Assembly (NCBI RefSeq): GCF_001447785.1
Contig: NW_015167060.1
Location: 634,514 to 698,513 of the forward strand
Length of the DNA stretch: 64,000 bases
Origin: Gekko japonicus
Lineage: Eukaryota
Direction: 5' to 3'
This document shows, piece after piece, positions 11,058 to 41,611 of this stretch. The translations under genes were made by a program, and so were the position numbers. Position 1 is the first letter of the stretch. The number at the start of each line of letters is the position of its first letter. The notes under the pieces were generated by a model. The model saw only the letters and a list, made by a program, of their open reading frames with translations, did not search any database and was not told where the DNA came from.

Positions 11058-13655
11058 CTGGGGAGGGAGGGGAAGAAAAGATATTTTTTTTTTAAAAAAA
11101 GGTGTTCACTTATGACAAGAGTTCTAATAGCTGTCCGACATGAATCTCTCAGTCTCTTTCTCCCAGAACATTGAAACGAAAGTCTGGCAATGCTCATTTG
11201 TACCACAGACAGAAGAAACACAGTTTTGATGTTATCTAGAAGTAGCTGCCTTCTAGTGAGTCAGACCTCTGGTCCATCCGGAAGAGATCTTTATTTCTGG
11301 AGATAGCAGAGATCAGTTCTGATATCCTTTATATGCACAGTATGCAGTCAACTGAGTTATGGCCCCTACACATGAACAGTTCCATTTGAGTCTTACAGCA
11401 TACAACAGAGGAAGCAACACAGAGGCGGTGGGGGGAGAGGAATACATTAGTCATAGTCACCAGTATTGCGGAATATATCTATTCTGAATGGAACAAAAAA
11501 TGGAAAGGTGACCATTTTAACTCATGAAGCAATCCAAAGGCAAGCCAAAGTTGAAGCTGGAAACTTTAGCATGACACTTGCCACTAACAGCTGCCTGCAT
11601 ATCTTCAGGTAGGCACACTTCACATAGCAGGGATCATCAGCTGAGGTACAGCATAGCTATCTCCATTGGCCCTCTACAGGACTGATTATTTACCTCCAGG
11701 CATGACTAGCGCCTGATAACAACACCCACTGAGAACTATGGCAGAGTCTGTCCACACAGGCTGCTGGATGAGATGCCCTCTACTGTCTTTACTCCTCAGG
11801 GCAGTCAATGGGAGACTGGTGTCTTCTGTCCCAAGCAATGTGAGCAGCCTACCCTACTACCACTGGAGGCTGAGGCAGCAACAAGGAGGAAAATGCCACA
11901 TACCTTGTCCTGGCCGTATCTACGGAGGAGGGCATAAGGCCAGGTATACAGAATCTGTCCAGACTGGGGGTCCTTCAGCTCCAGGCGTTCAGAGAAAGTC
12001 ACCAGAAGGTAGTTCCCTTTCAGGCGACACCTTGAAGAAGCCTCTGTATGGAACACCACAACTGGGAACGCACAGGCTGTTGATAAAAGATATATTGCAA
12101 GAAATCAAGTGTTATGGATGCCCTGGCTTTTCACTTGATTTTAAACTATTCCAATGGCTCTTACTCAGCTTTTTAAAAAAACAAAACAACTCTGCATCAA
12201 GAAAAAATTATATCATTTATCCCTATTGCTGAAGTCAGAGTAAGAAAACATGCACATTTGCTTTTGTAGTAAGATTTGCTGATATATGTTGTAAAATTTA
12301 TTCTGCTTCTGCAGATGAACGGGGCAAATTGCTATGCAGAGAAGCACCGAGGCCTCACTGGAAATCCTGTTCAGAATTCTGAATATTTTTTTGCTGTGCT
12401 TGTGCAGAATCCATGCAGCTCTGGTTATTTCTCAATTCCTCATTATTCTTTCAACGGTATCCTCACTTTTCACTCATACCTTCTTTGTTCTTCTGGGATT
12501 CACCTATAACTACAACTAGCAGTTGCTAGAGATCACTGTAACATCTACCAAATTAAGCCAAGGTATTTTAGCATCTGATCCATCAGATATTCTCTCTTCT
12601 TTACAGAGTGCACAATTGTCAGGACTTGTTTATTTTAGAACCCCTCTGTTCATTTGAACTAGTGTCCTCTGTTCCATAAAGCGTTATGGAGCATCCATAT
12701 GAACTCAGTCTTTCCAAAGATTATTACCATTTTATATATAAAAAAAGAGTTCTCCCAAAATGTTATTTATTTATTTTTATTTTTTCGATTTCTAGGCCGC
12801 CCTCCCCGCAAACGGGCTCAGGTTTGAAGCAGGTTTGTATCCATGTTGAAGTGTTTTGTCTCCAACTGCCCCTCCTGTTGAGCGCATGACTCTCTCTCTC
12901 ACACACCTACTGAAACCAAATTGTTGAGAGGCATGAACAACATGCTTGGGGTATAACCATAACCTAAAGAGAGATGGGTTGGGTAAGTCCAGTTATTAGA
13001 AACCTGAACTTGGAAATGTAGTTTAAAATCCTTAGCTCAGCTGTGGATTCAGTATGGAATAAGAGGGGAGATAACTTGGTCAAGTTGCCATCAATTAGTG
13101 ATTTTATTTTTACTGCCATGGAGATCACATTTGAATTTTCTGCCTCAGCAAAAATGATCTTGGGCCAGCTCTGACCAAAATATTGGCACCTACATGATAT
13201 TCCCACCTAGAGCAAAGTTCCTCAGCTGTATTTTAACAGAATGCCCACCACTGAAGCAGGTACCACCCCAGGTTAGCCCCTCAAGAAACTAGTTTCATGC
13301 CCTTTAGTCTCTTAGCGCTAGGTTTTCCACCCTACCCACAGGGACCAATACATACTTTCCCGCCAAGATGAGTAGATGACATTCTCCTCCATCTGGGGCT
13401 TCAGCTTGGGAGTATCTCCAACTGTGCTCGATGAAGCAGGAGTTCTCTGTATGCAACACAGCAAAGAGATTATATGGTAATGACAGCATTTCAGACATTA
13501 TAAAGAGTATGTAAACAAAGAAGGTAATGTTGGAATGTTTTATATAGTTTTAGGATTATTTAAGCTGCTTACTTGTGTGTTTTTATGTAAGCCACCCTGA
13601 GCCAGTTTCAGCTGGGAGGGTGGAGTATAAATCAGATAGATAGATAGATAATAGA

Positions 13656-13721
<66 letters not shown>

Positions 13722-16700
13722 TCTTGACAACTTGAACTCAGGAAGCTTTCCATGGACATAGATTCCCACCTACACTTGGTTATTTATATTTTAACATAGC
13801 AAAACAGATCTATTCACTTCAAACCCCAATTATTTCTATTAACCACTATGGCCACTGATTTTCCCAGCCTACTTCCCCTTTTCTTGGGTCTCGTATCTAT
13901 TAGAAGGCAAGTCAGTGAGGTGGGGACCTGATTAACTTTTATTTTGTAAAGCACCTGATAGGTGCTATATAAATAAAATGTTTCCTTACAGGAGTCTTTC
14001 CCCTCAGCCTCAGTTCTAATATCTGTGAGATTATAACCATTCCTCTTCCTTAAAAAAAACATGAATAGAAACATTACAGTAATAAAAAGCCTAACTAGTA
14101 CAACATTCAGATTAATGATCCAGTAATTGCAGTTACTCATAATTTAGCAGAACAATTAATCACGACGCAGAAAAGGTTACATTCACTTTAGAAAGTTTAT
14201 AATCCCCATTATTTGTAAACCAAATCAAATAACCCAAAATGTTTTTGCACTCTTCCTTAACACCCATGAAACCACGACATTTTGTTCATACTTGAAAGAT
14301 CCTAAAGTTCTTATAAACCAGTCTCTAATCCTTTTTATCTGGACTTCCGTTGTTTTGTAAGAGGAACCCTAGGCACCATTATCATGCAAAACAACACCTG
14401 TTCCTTCTCTTTAACAATTGACCCTCTCAGGAACAGAGTTTGGGCTCTATAGGTAAATTCACTGAGCATCTCATTAAAGAGACTCATATCCCCAAAGACC
14501 TTACTGCTGGACGTTGCCACTAGCAATGACAAAAATCTGTCTTCTTTCCATTGCATTTCCAACATTTCAGGAACTTCATAGATTTTAGCTATCCTTTGTA
14601 TATGAATGTTATAGCAACCATCCTCAGAGCCAGACTAAGCATCTGCCAGTTTTTCCTCATATGTATTTCCAGTCTCTTACAGTTAGAGACGGCTATAAAT
14701 CTTTTCCATATATTTGAACATAATCAGGCGTTTCAGTTGCAGCTAACTCTAGCAGATTTTGATATATCCATGGCAGAGAATGTGGTGTTTTTGCTGTCAT
14801 GATAGTTTCAGTCTTAGTTAAGAATGCACCTTCTGTCATCCTAATCAATTTATTCAAGACATAGTTAATTTGAAATTATATGAAAAGCAGTGGTGTACAG
14901 TCCTCATTTATTCCTGAAGAGAAATATAATACTTAATTGCCCATCTTTAATCCAGCTCATAAATTTATATATTCCATACACCTCTCCATTAGTAAAATTA
15001 CCCAACGCACCATATATACTAATATTGACATCAAAAACAAATGAAAATATGGGCAATGTAGCTTAGTCTAAACTTTTAATAATGTTATCAGCACTAAGCT
15101 TTCATTTAAAAGAATCCCCTTTTTGTTTGGCTTCAGCAATAAAATAGTATTTAATGGAAAATATTTTTCTAGACTCCATCATGCAGCGCTCTTTATTGGT
15201 TAAAACCACTCTGACAACTATTGGATACAGTTAGTTTCTTGATAAAGTCACACACTTGGTTCTGCCAACCACCTTTCCCTTCTTTTCTAGACATTAAATT
15301 CATTTATATGGCAAAATGAAGTTTAACAGAAGGACTTTCATGTGCAAAGAGCAAGATAATTTCATTATCTCATTTGGCATCCAACAAATCTGGTCAGTAG
15401 GAAACCTCTAGCATTTTAATTATTAATGGGAACAAACACAAATGACAGACAAAAGCAACTTTCAAAAAGGTTGTAACATTTCTTACATTATAGGTCTACT
15501 TACTTGGAAACAGCAAGAAGAAAAAGAAGGCCAACCAGAACAAAGAGATGAAGAAAAAAATAATGGTGCAGTCGGAAGACAATTGTATTCTAGTGGGTTA
15601 TTTCTATATTGCAGTATTACTATATTGGAATAAAATTGTCTTCCCACTACACTGTTGTTTTTTCTTGCTCTTTACTTACTTGGAAACAAGTCTCATTGAA
15701 ATGACTTGGACTTTCTGTTACAGCCTGTTCCTAAACCACAAACAATATGATTTAGGAATAGGTTGCAAATGACTTGTGAAAGAACAAACAAGAAAAATAT
15801 CTGACTCAGAGACCATGCTCAGACTTCCAGAGTAAAGCATTCCTTGAGATGTTTTCCTACCTCTTTCCTGTAGCCCAGCCTAGGCTGTCTGTTATCCTTC
15901 CTAACTGCAGAGGGGTAGCCATGTTAGTCTGTTGTAGTAAAATAAAATAGAAGTCCAGTGGCACCTTAAAGGCCAACATGAGCTTTTTTTGAATCAGAGC
16001 TCTCTTCTTCAGATACTATAAAATCATTAATGATTTCCTCTTCATAGTGTCTTTAAGATGCTGCTGGACATTTTTTTATTATCCAATCTGTCCAGAGTCA
16101 GCTGGTTTATTGATTAGTCACCAATGTATGTGCTGGAGGGCAGGGCTAAGGCAAGAGAACCGTGGCGTGGTGCTATCTGCAGGATTACGCAGACCATTAC
16201 ACTCAAGATCTCCCCTGCCCCCAATTATTCTTTAAAAACACACACACACAAAAAACATCAACCCCCCCCCTTGCATCGTAATTAAGTAGTCAGGGGATGT
16301 CAAGTTACTAGAGCAATCTGATCCAGGATCTCTCAGTGAGGCAATGAAAATCCCCTAGGATAATAGGAAACCTCTGAGAGAAGCTGCTCTACTGAATGTT
16401 GGCTCCTTTATCCGGTCTTACATGGTCGATGTATGGGCAAGAGGAATCTCCATGTGGTTCTGTAAGGCCCAGGTGCAATTCTGTTGAATTAAGATGTTAC
16501 CGAGTCACTGTTCTGGAAGGCCTATGGTTGGGGACAGCAACGGTTTGTCATTGAGCCTGTCCTCCTTTACTCTCCCCCCCCCCCCCCCCCCGGGAAAGGG
16601 TATAAATTGGTATCCAACACCATCTGAACTAGTTATGACACGTACTGTATTGTTTTAGCTGTTTTAACAGTTTTAACCATTGTTTTAACTGAATTTGATT

Positions 16701-19700
16701 GATATATGTATTGATTGAATGTTGTGCACCACCCTGAGCCCTTCAGGGGGACGGTGGTCTATAACTTAAATAAATAAATAAAAATAATAATACCTGAAAA
16801 GCCAGTTGGCAGACACATTCTATCCAGTCATCTGGTTCATCTGCTGCCATAATGTAGTTGCGTGCCATCATGCGCAAGTAGAAGGGTGCCGTGTCCTTGG
16901 GTGAACTGTGTTCGCTTGCCCGTTCCACAGAGACACAGTCCGAGAGGCGGATCACTTTGCATTCACCCTTGCGCAGGGTTGCCTTCTCTGCTGCGACACC
17001 TTCACGTACTTCAAAGTACTCAAGCCGCGCAACACCAGAGGGGCTATCAGCAAACAGCTGGGCCCACACTTTCCTCCAAATCTTCTGTGAGGGGGGCAAA
17101 AGGGAACAGCATAGATCCAGGGATATGCACGGGTGAACAAGAATCTGGATAAGAAACAGACTGCACAGAGGAATTTAAGCACTGACAAAACTACTGGGAA
17201 TGGGGGAATTGGAGGTAGCATTTGTCCAGAAATTAGCTAGTTGCCCGAGCAGACATGTGACTATCCTTCTCTGGGAAGAAACCCCAGGAATCATAGAAAT
17301 CATCATGTAGGTTTTGGGAATACACCAATGTCCCTTCGAGGCTTTTTACTGTGCACAGTAATTGTTCTGCCCAGATCTGATGTATCTGTGGGATTGTCAT
17401 ACAAGCACAAGAATCTCACAAAGCAGATAGTGGTCTCCACCCCATTAGGAAATCTCAAGGCCCCCTCCCCCATGATTTTAAACCACATTTCCTAGACCTT
17501 GTGGATGTGCAGGGGAGCCTTACAATGTGTGGGCAGTGTCTAGTGTAAGCCTCAGAAAGAACAATGTAAAGCTGCCAAAGGACAGTAGTGTTAGGGCTCT
17601 CGGCTACTCCTCACCAGCCCTCAGTAGTTCGAGGCTACCTAACATCAATCTCTGCCCCTTTCCATTCCTTATCAAAGCATTCCAAATTTCGTTTGCAATT
17701 GAAGGTTAGCAGACAAATAAAGGGTGCAAAGTAATTAATCTGTTTAAATGCACTTCAGTTTCACAACTTAGACATCCACTGGAGTGTTACTAATATAGCC
17801 ACCCAATTGCTGAATGTGATCAGCAGGGACAGACTCCACTATACTGCACTACGAGATTAATGAATTTTTAAAACACTGTCATCAACAGGGAGAAAGGAAC
17901 ACCTCTTTCAAAAGAAGCCACATCTTGTGCTAGGACGCGGCATCAATGACATGGGTTGGATGGGAGCAGTTACCACTTTCTTGCAACCCCTCATCCCACT
18001 CATCTCTGGTACAACCCCCTCAATTACAATCCCCTCTGGTATAATTGAGAGCCAGTTTGGTGTAGTGGTTAAGTGTGCGGACTCTAATCTGGGAGAACCG
18101 GGTTTGATTCCCCACTCCTCCACTTGCACCTGCTGATGTGGCCTTGGGTCAGTCACAAGCTCTGGCACAGCTGTTCCTGAAAGAGCAGTTTGTGTCAGAG
18201 TTCTCTCAGCCCCACCCACCTCACAGGGTGTCTGTTGTGGGGAAGGGGAGGGAAAGGAGTTTGTAAGCCGCTCTGAGACTCCAAGTGAAGGGCGGGGTAT
18301 AAATCCAATCTCTTCTTCTTCAATTAGAAGATAGTACTAAAGTGATAAACTTTGTGGTTCAGAAAGTGAGGAAGAATAGGGGGCTAGTAAAAAACAAATG
18401 GCAAACTACTGCAATTCCTAGCCAGTTTGTGAATCTTCACATGCCACAATGCGGCATTCAGATTTCTTTGGCAGATACAAATGCAAGAACAAAACCCACT
18501 TTATACCTTTTTCTCAGGCCTAACCAAAGTGACACAAAAAAGTGTGCAGCCTTTTGAGTTCACCAGGCTGGACGGTACAAAAATAAAAAGAGGCAGGGGA
18601 GCAGATGTCTCAGGTCACAAGACCTGTGTCTTGTCAACATCCTGTACAAAACGTTAAGCAAGCACTATTTTAAATCTCCATTCGTGCTCAACATTTTCCA
18701 TCCATGTGTTAAGATCATGACCTGAGACATCTGCTCTGCCGCCCTTTCATTTTTATGCCATCCAGCCTGATGAAGACGTCTGGCACACTCAAAAGTGTGC
18801 CAACCTTTGGTGCCATTTTGATTGATCCCAATTAAATGTATTACATGGATTTTGGTTTTTTAATTTTTTTTTTAAATATGGCAGCTTCAATTTTCTTTGG
18901 AAGGTACAGAATTGCAATAGTCAGAACCACAAGTAGAATTTTTGCCAGTACAAGGAACATAAGAAATAAGTACTAGACTTGATGTTCCACCTGCCTCTTA
19001 CACATTTTAGAGATAAAAGCTTGGAAGTAATGCAGCAGCAAGTACCAAGGAAGTTCACTGGGCTGCTTTCCTGCTTCCTTCTATCCCCTGCTAATTCAGA
19101 CAGGAGGAAGAATGGCACCAGTAACCATGGGGTTCACCACAGGCTAAAGTCACTTCTGTAGGACAGATTTGCTGAGCAGTCCATAACAATCAAGACAGCA
19201 GGACGACATATAGATGCATCAGTTTACAGCCAGATGTGCAACAGTTATATCACTTTCATTCCTTCTTGCCAGTTAGCATTTGCCAAAAACTAAGTCAAAA
19301 GTAGCTACAGAAAAGGACTTGTGGAACCCAGGCTCTTAGGTGATGTAGCACAGCAGCTACAAGAACAAGAGGCAAGAATGAAATCCCATTTAGATCTCAT
19401 CTTAATCATAAGCCCAGCTTTAGCCACAAGGTATAGATGGAACACTATGTCTGGGGTAGTGATGCTCTGTATTTGGGGGGGGCCACAGTGGAAGGGCTTC
19501 TGGAGTTCTGGTCCCGCTGGTGGACCTCCTGATGGCACCAGGTTTTTGACTACTGTGTGACACAGATTGTTGGACTGGATGGGCCATTGGCCTGATCCAG
19601 CATGGCTTCTCTTGTGTTCTTATGTGGCTTTGGCAATATGGAGATAAAAATACTGGCCTGCTTTATGGGGCTGTTGCAAGGATTACAGAGACAACACCTC

Positions 19701-20794
19701 TCCCTTTGATGAAAGAGAGTGCTATTGTGAGGAGGGGGTGGAGTGATTGTGCCTTCTTTCCCCTCGTTACTGTAGCTGCCTATGTTTTGTGGCTTTCTGG
19801 ACCCCAACCCCTCCAAACCTCAGTGGCACCTTGGTGGTGTTGCTGGGGAAAAGGCCTTTTGCTCACACAGCTACATGATCCAGCCCAATGTAAATAGAGC
19901 TATTTGTACACTTGCAACGTGCTGTACAAATGCTAAGTTTTAATGCAAGGCTGTACAAACTCAAATTGTCAGAATGCCCTTTGGGCATGACTGTTGTAAT
20001 TTCACATTTGCTAGCTCAGATCCAAGGCAGGTGACTGAAAATGAGAGCTGCTGAACGATCTCTTCTTGCACCAGACATCCGTTCCACATGGACAGGCACC
20101 ACTGCAAGCTCTCTACGCCCCAGACAACTATACCGTTGGGGAGTCTGATATTTCAGTTTGGTTAACAGGCACCTGCAACACAACTGACAGCCAAGGAGAG
20201 ATGCCCAAGCCACTGACCTGCTGGCATAAGAAACAGAACCCAGCAACATGGTGGACTCAGTCAAGAAATGCCTTGCTGCCAATACCAAAACAACCACTGC
20301 TGTTCTACAGTCTTCCCATATCAAGAGAAACACCAGGTTTCAGTGTTTCCACATACATAAGCATAATCAAGACCAGGCAGATCAGCATATGCATTTATAA
20401 ACATACACAACACATGCATTCTTTGGGTGAACCTCTGAATTCATACATTTTGCCATTTTAATGTGTTGATGAATTTATTTACACTCAAGGATTACAGAAC
20501 ATTTGGTTGCAACCAAAAAATCCAGTAATCTGGGGGGGAAAAAGTGTGGGAAACAGACTCAGAGTCATGACTGCTACTGTGGGCTCCAATGACGACTCAC
20601 AAGCTCAAGCCCTAGAGACGCTATGGCTAGAACTAGGATACTATTATGAGATACTACTCCCCTGAATATGAAGAAACTCACAAAAGTCACTGGATTCTTA
20701 TTTGCGGTCCTTCCCCTCCTCCGTGACCCCTATTTACCTTCCCAAACTTGAGATGTTGGACATACAGGATCCCATCCTTCACAGGACACTCCAT
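10260..20794 (-). CDS. DOK3: Docking protein 3 (PH + PTB adaptor), complete spliced CDS, 469 aa; join(20794-20738,17084-16794,13446-13356,12076-11904,11057-10260)
   Basis: Exons sum to 1410 nt in frame with GT/AG boundaries. MECPVKDGILYVQHLKFGKKIWRKVW (PH), MEENVIYSSW, WPYALLRRYGQDK / FSFEAGRRCDSGEG (PTB), tail motifs IIYASI, HLYENL, PIYDN. Adjacent to DDX41 as in other amniotes. Confidence 0.93.
11904..12076 (-). CDS. DOK3: DOK3 coding exon 4 (PTB, first half)
   Basis: aacag|CC...AAG|gtatgt, 173 nt, FPVVVFHTEASSRCRLKG...RRYGQDK. Confidence 0.93.
13356..13446 (-). CDS. DOK3: DOK3 coding exon 3 (RTPASS...MEENVIYSSWRE)
   Basis: atacag|AGA...GAAA|gtatgt, 91 nt; its reading frame is missing from the ORF track. 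Confidence 0.9.
13634..13720. repeat. (GATA)n microsatellite at the tail of an L2-type 3' end
   Basis: Directly visible, preceded by gtaagccaccctgagcc. Confidence 0.9.
15908..16015. mobile_element. Penelope-like fragment
   Basis: gtagccatgttagtctg...gtccagtggcaccttaaag motif typical of sauropsid Penelope remnants (recall). Confidence 0.5.
16400..16790 (+). mobile_element. L2-type 3' end with (TAAA)n tail abutting the DOK3 exon 2 donor
   Basis: caccaccctgagccc...taaataaataaataaaaataataa|tacctg; 5' boundary approximate. Confidence 0.6.
16794..17084 (-). CDS. DOK3: DOK3 coding exon 2 (PH domain)
   Basis: cacag|AAGATTTGG...CAG|gtatta, 291 nt. Confidence 0.93.
18047..18321 (+). mobile_element. 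Full-length Squam3-like SINE
   Basis: tRNA-like head, (CTT)n tail, near-identical to 31864-32020. Confidence 0.85.
18488..18858. mobile_element. Inverted-repeat element (Penelope-like termini)
   Basis: caggctgga...gagcagatgtctcaggtca vs tgacctgagacatctgctc...tccagcctga. Confidence 0.55.
19425..19626 (+). mobile_element. CR1-type 3' end
   Basis: ttggactggatgggccattggcctgatccagc...gttcttatg; reverse-oriented relative at about 24995-25110. Confidence 0.65.
20738..20794 (-). CDS. DOK3: DOK3 coding exon 1 (MECPVKDGILYVQHLKFGK)
   Basis: CCCCATGG start, 57 nt, donor AAG|GTAAAT. Confidence 0.88.
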
Positions 20795-20869
20795 GGGGCA
20801 GGCTCCCGACAGGCAACAGCCCAGTGAAGCAGAGACTGTTGCAGACGGCAAGCTGTTGTGGCTGCCACA

Positions 20870-20940
20870 GGGATGAGTCAGTATATACGATAGCACTGGC
20901 GACTTCCTCTCCCTGCCTGGTGACTTCCTCTTTTTGGGCC
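20870..20940 (-). promoter_or_regulatory. Candidate DOK3 proximal regulatory element (2x PU.1/ETS + AP-1)
   Basis: AAAAAGAGGAAGTC (20922-20935), AGAGGAAGTC (20901-20910), TGAGTCA (20874-20880), 80-140 nt upstream of the ATG. Confidence 0.55.
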
Positions 20941-21647
20941 TTCATGCAAAAAAGGGAGTCGCAGTAGGCTGAGTCCCAGGGGACAGTCTCTCCAAGGACA
21001 CTTTTGACTTACTGGGCATATCGTCCTCAATTTGGACTATAGCACACACAGTAACTGTGGCCGAAAACAGCCAGGTGGTGCCATACAGAGAAGGGCTGAA
21101 TTTCTCAGTTGAGAGGGTGTACATAAACTTATGAAACTGCTCTTGGAGTCAGATAACAGAGCAGAAATCTACCCACTCAGACCCTGCTCCCTGCCTCCGA
21201 ATCAGGGCTACTGGCTTAGGGGCACAATGCTTGCACAATGCCTATATGACAACCGTCACTGACGCAACAGGCTATTGCAGCATTGTCCTGCCATTTTCTG
21301 GATTAAGATGCTGAACTTTTTAGGAGGACAGAAGTGTTCAAAGAGAACAGACAACGCCTGCTTTTATATATCTATCAACAGGCGTGGCCAAAGCAAAAAG
21401 AAGAACACAGCACCCTTTTGTGCAATTCCCAGTCCACGGGCTTGAGACACAGGACCGTGATCACACCCGGCAATTCATCTCAAGAATTAGCAGCTGCTTC
21501 CAAAAGGAAGGGGGTCCCATGTGATGTTCTTTCCCACTCCAGCTGGCAACAGCCTCTCCAGTAAGCTATACTACGCATGGCATTTGCTCTTCCAAGAACA
21601 ATAAAGTCCTTCTGCTTGGCTGTGGCTGGCCAAAGGGCAGAAAGCAC

Positions 21648-39291
<17,644 letters not shown>

Positions 39292-41089
39292 GTTTTCGGC
39301 GCGGCACAATTACTCCCCGCGAGACAACGTGCACGTAGCCAATGAGAAGGAACAGAAAGAGAAAAGCCGCCAGGCTTTTGTCGCTTAGCAACTGGAACAA
39401 CGCCCACAAGCGTCGGCTAAGGAAGGAAGTGCGCACTAAGGGAAGCGGAGAGGGTCACATTTAGTGAAAAGGGGAAGGCGAAGGGGGCGGGAGACCTTGT
39501 GCCTGGGTGTTGAAACGAGCCCATGACCTCACCCTCGATGCCTTCTGATGAAGCTGTGGGCGGAGATGTGCGTGAAATAAAACTGCTAGGTGGTTGTGAG
39601 CGTGGCACTCACTGTTTAGTGACTTAGTGACAGTGTTGACTTTTCGTTCTCCACAGATAACACGGAGGCTGTAACTGTGCCAGTTCTTGTGAATTTGAAC
39701 GAGTTTCGCGGCTGAGGGAGGAATCCTGTTTGCCCGGGAACTGGCCATGGAAGCATGTGAGGCTTTTATGGGGACAGTGCAAAGTGATGGGGTATTAAAA
39801 GGGGTCGACGACTCACTTTTATTAGGTTTTGAGATGGCATTTCTTATTTTCATACAATGAGTCGTCTATGGGGATTTTAATTTGAAGCCTGCGTAGAGCT
39901 TCCCTTCGCTGGCAACAGTTGTTAGCGTATTTGAAACCAATACCATGCTCTGTCTTCTCCTATTATATGTTGCGTAATCTTGAGTGCCACTTTTGACCCC
40001 CCTACCCCGTGCAATAGATGTATCAGTTGCAGGTACTTCATACCATGTAATAATACAATATAGAAACAAGTTTCTGTAACATTAAAATGTTTAAAAGGAA
40101 ATTATCTATGCGGATTTAAACTGAACAGCAAACGGGCGTTTGCTTGTGGGCTGTCTTTGTGCCATGTAATGGTTAGTGTTTGACTACGAGCTGGAAGACC
40201 CAGATTTGAATCCCCTCTACTATGGAAGCTTGCTGAGTGACCTTGGTCCAGTAGCACAGTGTCAGCCTCACCTACCTTACAGGGCTGTTGAGGATAAAAT
40301 GGAGGAAAGGAGAATGTTGTAAGCCACTTTGGTTTGGCTTCCACTGGGGAGAAAGTCAGGGAATAAATTACAGATGGATAGGTATTTGTACAATATCTAG
40401 AAATAGAAATAGTAGAACTATTGTGGCTCCTCCTATGTACTTATCAGAGAGAATCTTGGGTTGCTTTTATCAGTTTTCATTTGAACATCAAAAATTAATT
40501 CAACAAAGTCACTGCTCAGAGTATTGGCCTACTGTCTCTTTCAAAATGTATCTTGCTTAGATTGGTAGACACAAACATTTTGTTGACAAAAAATCAACTG
40601 ACAGGGATCATAAGATCTCTATGAATAAATATGGACCTGTAAAACTGTAGATGGCACACCATAAAACTGATCTGACCACTTGCTGCTGCTTTGCATGTGA
40701 TACAAAAACTATGCCTTAACTGTGTAATAATTTATATTATGGGCTGAACAAGCAAAGAAGCAGTTAGGATGAGACATAGGGATTACTAAACTATTGCAAC
40801 TTCACAAACAGTAGCAGTCTGTTGCCACTGGCGAATGGATACAAGGGGCCACACCAACATAACTATACGAATTGGCACAAGGTCAGGAGTATCCATACTC
40901 TCCAGATGTGACACAGGGTGTCACACAGCAGTCCTGTGCTGGTAAAATAATACAGCTCTGAAACAAGGTGTGAAACTCTTGGTCTGTTCCCATGGATTTA
41001 ACAGACCTGAGTTTTATCAGAATCAACCATGGATTTGGGAATGGTTCAAAAAGATCCCCTCAAAAAAACCTTCACTTTTTACCCAAGAA

Positions 41090-41611
41090 TGGCCCCGGTC
41101 ACACGGGCAGGAAACTGCAGAGGAGAAGCGTGGCTGTTTGCCCTGGGGCAAACTACTGCGCAGTTACGTGATCAGACCTCCTGTGGAGGTACCGTGGAGG
41201 TTCCATGGCAAGGGAGAGGTGCCGATCACAAGACAAGCCGGCGCACAACGAAGAAGCGTGCGCGCGGCAAACTGTTTTTTATTTTTGTGTACATGACAAA
41301 TGCGCATGCTCCGTTGGGTGCGCATGCGCATCCACAGAGACTTGGACAAAAAAAACACACCTTATTTGCAAGGGGACATGGGCGGGCGCCGGATGCCACC
41401 GGAAACGCGATCAGACGCCCGCCCTTGCTCCGCAGTTTCCGGCAACTAGTACCTCCAAGGTACTAGTTTTTTGCCACGCAGTTTCGGCTGGAAGCCTCGG
41501 TTGAGCCACGGGAGTGCTACGCTTCCCAGATGTGCTGGTGAGATCGCGCCCGGAAACTCCGGCTGTTTTCCGTCTCACTTGTGTGGCTTCTGTTACGTGT
41601 GACCGCAGCCA
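41090..41611. mobile_element. CpG-rich MITE, copy B
   Basis: Colinear and highly similar to 5378-5910, same orientation. Confidence 0.75.

Noticed and set aside
11738-12232. 164-aa plus-strand ORF
   Set aside because: Antisense shadow of DOK3 exon 4
18047-18122. tRNA-like sequence
   Set aside because: It is a SINE head continuing into SINE body and tail, not a tRNA gene
20795-20896. N-terminal extension of DOK3 in the ORF track
   Set aside because: Relies on a non-ATG start; homology begins at the ATG at 20794
21599-21606. AATAAA near the DDX41 stop
   Set aside because: On the plus strand, the wrong orientation for DDX41
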